A DNA stretch of 16,582 nt, taken from an archaeon. GTDB lineage: Archaea > B1Sed10-29 > WALL01. Positions 15,731-16,582 of this stretch are shown one piece after another. The notes beneath the pieces were generated by a model, which made no database searches, had not been told where the DNA came from, and worked only from the letters and a program-made list of their open reading frames with translations. The position numbers were made by a program, and so were the translations under genes. Positions within the stretch are counted from its first letter, which is position 1. Every line of letters starts with the position of its first letter. The DNA is taken from contig JBHOSQ010000016.1 of NCBI GenBank assembly GCA_042584585.1, positions 1 through 16,582 of the forward strand. The letters are read 5' to 3'.

Positions 15731-16480
15731 CGCTTGGGCTAGTTTTTTGATGTCGTGGGCGAGCCGGCTAATCTGCCATTCTTCGACCGCGTCTTCCCAT
15801 CTGCGCCAGTTCTTGGCCGACTTGCGCGTGGTGTACAGGTTTTTGATGTTGGAAACGCCTTTTTTCTTGAGTTCTTTGTCGAGTGTTACGAGTGGCTTTG
15901 GCTTTCCGTTTTCGTAGTACAGCCCGACTGAGTCATGGGCTTGGTCCATTCTCTTGAACAGGTTTACTTTGGGGGTGCTCTGCGTGCCGGGATTTGAGCC
16001 TAATTCATTAGCTAAACCAGCGTATTTTTGCTTGACCGTTAGCCCCAAATCAAAGTCTTTCTTTAGTTCGTTGAGGCGAGTCTGGTAAGTGTTGCGGCTA
16101 ATACCCAGTTTTTTCGTCATTTGGGCTTTGTGTTCGCGTATGGTGGTTCTGCCGGTGATTTCGTGTAAGGCGGCATAGATGGCTGCTTTTTGTTCGTCCT
16201 CAGTGAGCAGGACATTGAGTTGGCTAAGGGCGTTTTTGGTGTTGGAGTTGCTAAGGGGTTTGTCCTTGAAGAATTCTGCACAGAGAACGGAGGGGAGTGT
16301 GCCAATTGCTTGGGCCTCGGTTTTGAATTGTTTCCTTGCAGAAGAATCCATTTCCGCTATGTGCTCCGCCATTTCTCCTGGCTTGTGGCCTGAGACGCCG
16401 ATTTTGTGACGGTAGTAAAGCGAGTTCTTTAGTGCATCAATGCGCTTAGTGGGGAGCTCGGGTTTTTTGCGACGGCCCAT
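15728..16480 (-). CDS. Basic hypothetical protein with putative helix-turn-helix (weak resemblance to TFB/TFIIB C-terminal cyclin repeat)
   Basis: 250 aa, Lys-rich. The segment KAAIYAALHEITGRTTIREHKAQMTKKLGISRNTYQTRLNELKKDF has an HTH-like LGISRxT pattern. Confidence 0.6.
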   Translation of the reverse strand: MGRRKKPELPTKRIDALKNSLYYRHKIGVSGHKPGEMAEHIAEMDSSARKQFKTEAQAIGTLPSVLCAEFFKDKPLSNSNTKNALSQLNVLLTEDEQKAAIYAALHEITGRTTIREHKAQMTKKLGISRNTYQTRLNELKKDFDLGLTVKQKYAGLANELGSNPGTQSTPKVNLFKRMDQAHDSVGLYYENGKPKPLVTLDKELKKKGVSNIKNLYTTRKSAKNWRRWEDAVEEWQISRLAHDIKKLAQA

Positions 16481-16500
16481 ACTGGTTCCTACTCACTCAC

Positions 16501-16522
16501 GGAATAAAAACCCTTTTATCCC
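16501..16522. promoter_or_regulatory. Array element copy 9 (near-palindromic, probably bidirectional)
   Basis: GGAATAAAA-ACCC-TTTTATCCC with 8/9 complementary arms, 22 nt from ATG 16480 (-). Confidence 0.8.
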
Positions 16523-16542
16523 TGGGTTTCCTTGTGGTTGTC

Positions 16543-16582
16543 GTGGCTACTGTCGTAGAAAAAATGGACCCGGAAAAAGCTC
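16543..16582 (+). CDS. Possible 5' end of a plus-strand gene running out of the window
   Basis: GTG 16543 (VATVVEKMDPEKA...) or ATG 16564, open to the edge. TTTTATCC lies 21 nt upstream of the GTG. Too short to verify. Confidence 0.3.
   Translation, partial: MATVVEKMDPEKA

Noticed and set aside
12063-16522. CRISPR array interpretation of the repeated element
   Set aside because: The intervals are ~0.3-1.0 kb and contain whole genes, the repeats are degenerate, and no cas genes are present.
12063-16522. Classical integron attC sites
   Set aside because: Gaps are only ~32-37 nt, below the usual attC minimum of about 55-60 nt, with no consistent RYYYAAC...GTTRRRY ends, no long hairpin and no intI in the window.

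Overview
Compact, gene-dense archaeal window. Archaeal origin is supported by a class III (pilin/archaellin) signal peptide, TATA boxes about 22-24 nt upstream of start codons and largely leaderless genes; a DPANN-type lineage is my inference. The left part (1-8363) is a cell-surface cluster: a CotH-family kinase (truncated by the window edge), a ~957-aa pilin-like protein with a long Cys/Asp-rich tail, a Yip1-like membrane protein, a Cys-repeat CAP-domain protein and a secreted beta-propeller protein. The middle holds basic orphan genes, a cold-shock gene and a lipoprotein. The most striking feature is at 11.6-16.5 kb: a run of short, unrelated, mostly minus-strand genes separated by nine copies of one element (+ strand GGAATAAAAACCCTTT(T)A; minus strand TAAA(A)GGGTTTTTATTCC). 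Each copy sits 22-23 nt upstream of an ATG, and seven copies also lie 2-6 nt past the previous gene's stop codon. The element is pseudo-palindromic where genes diverge. This suggests a cassette-like array or regulon in which one motif may act as promoter, terminator and possibly joint. The array includes an HTH protein with weak resemblance to the TFB C-terminal repeat. No rRNA, tRNA, CRISPR array, integrase or transposase was recognised.
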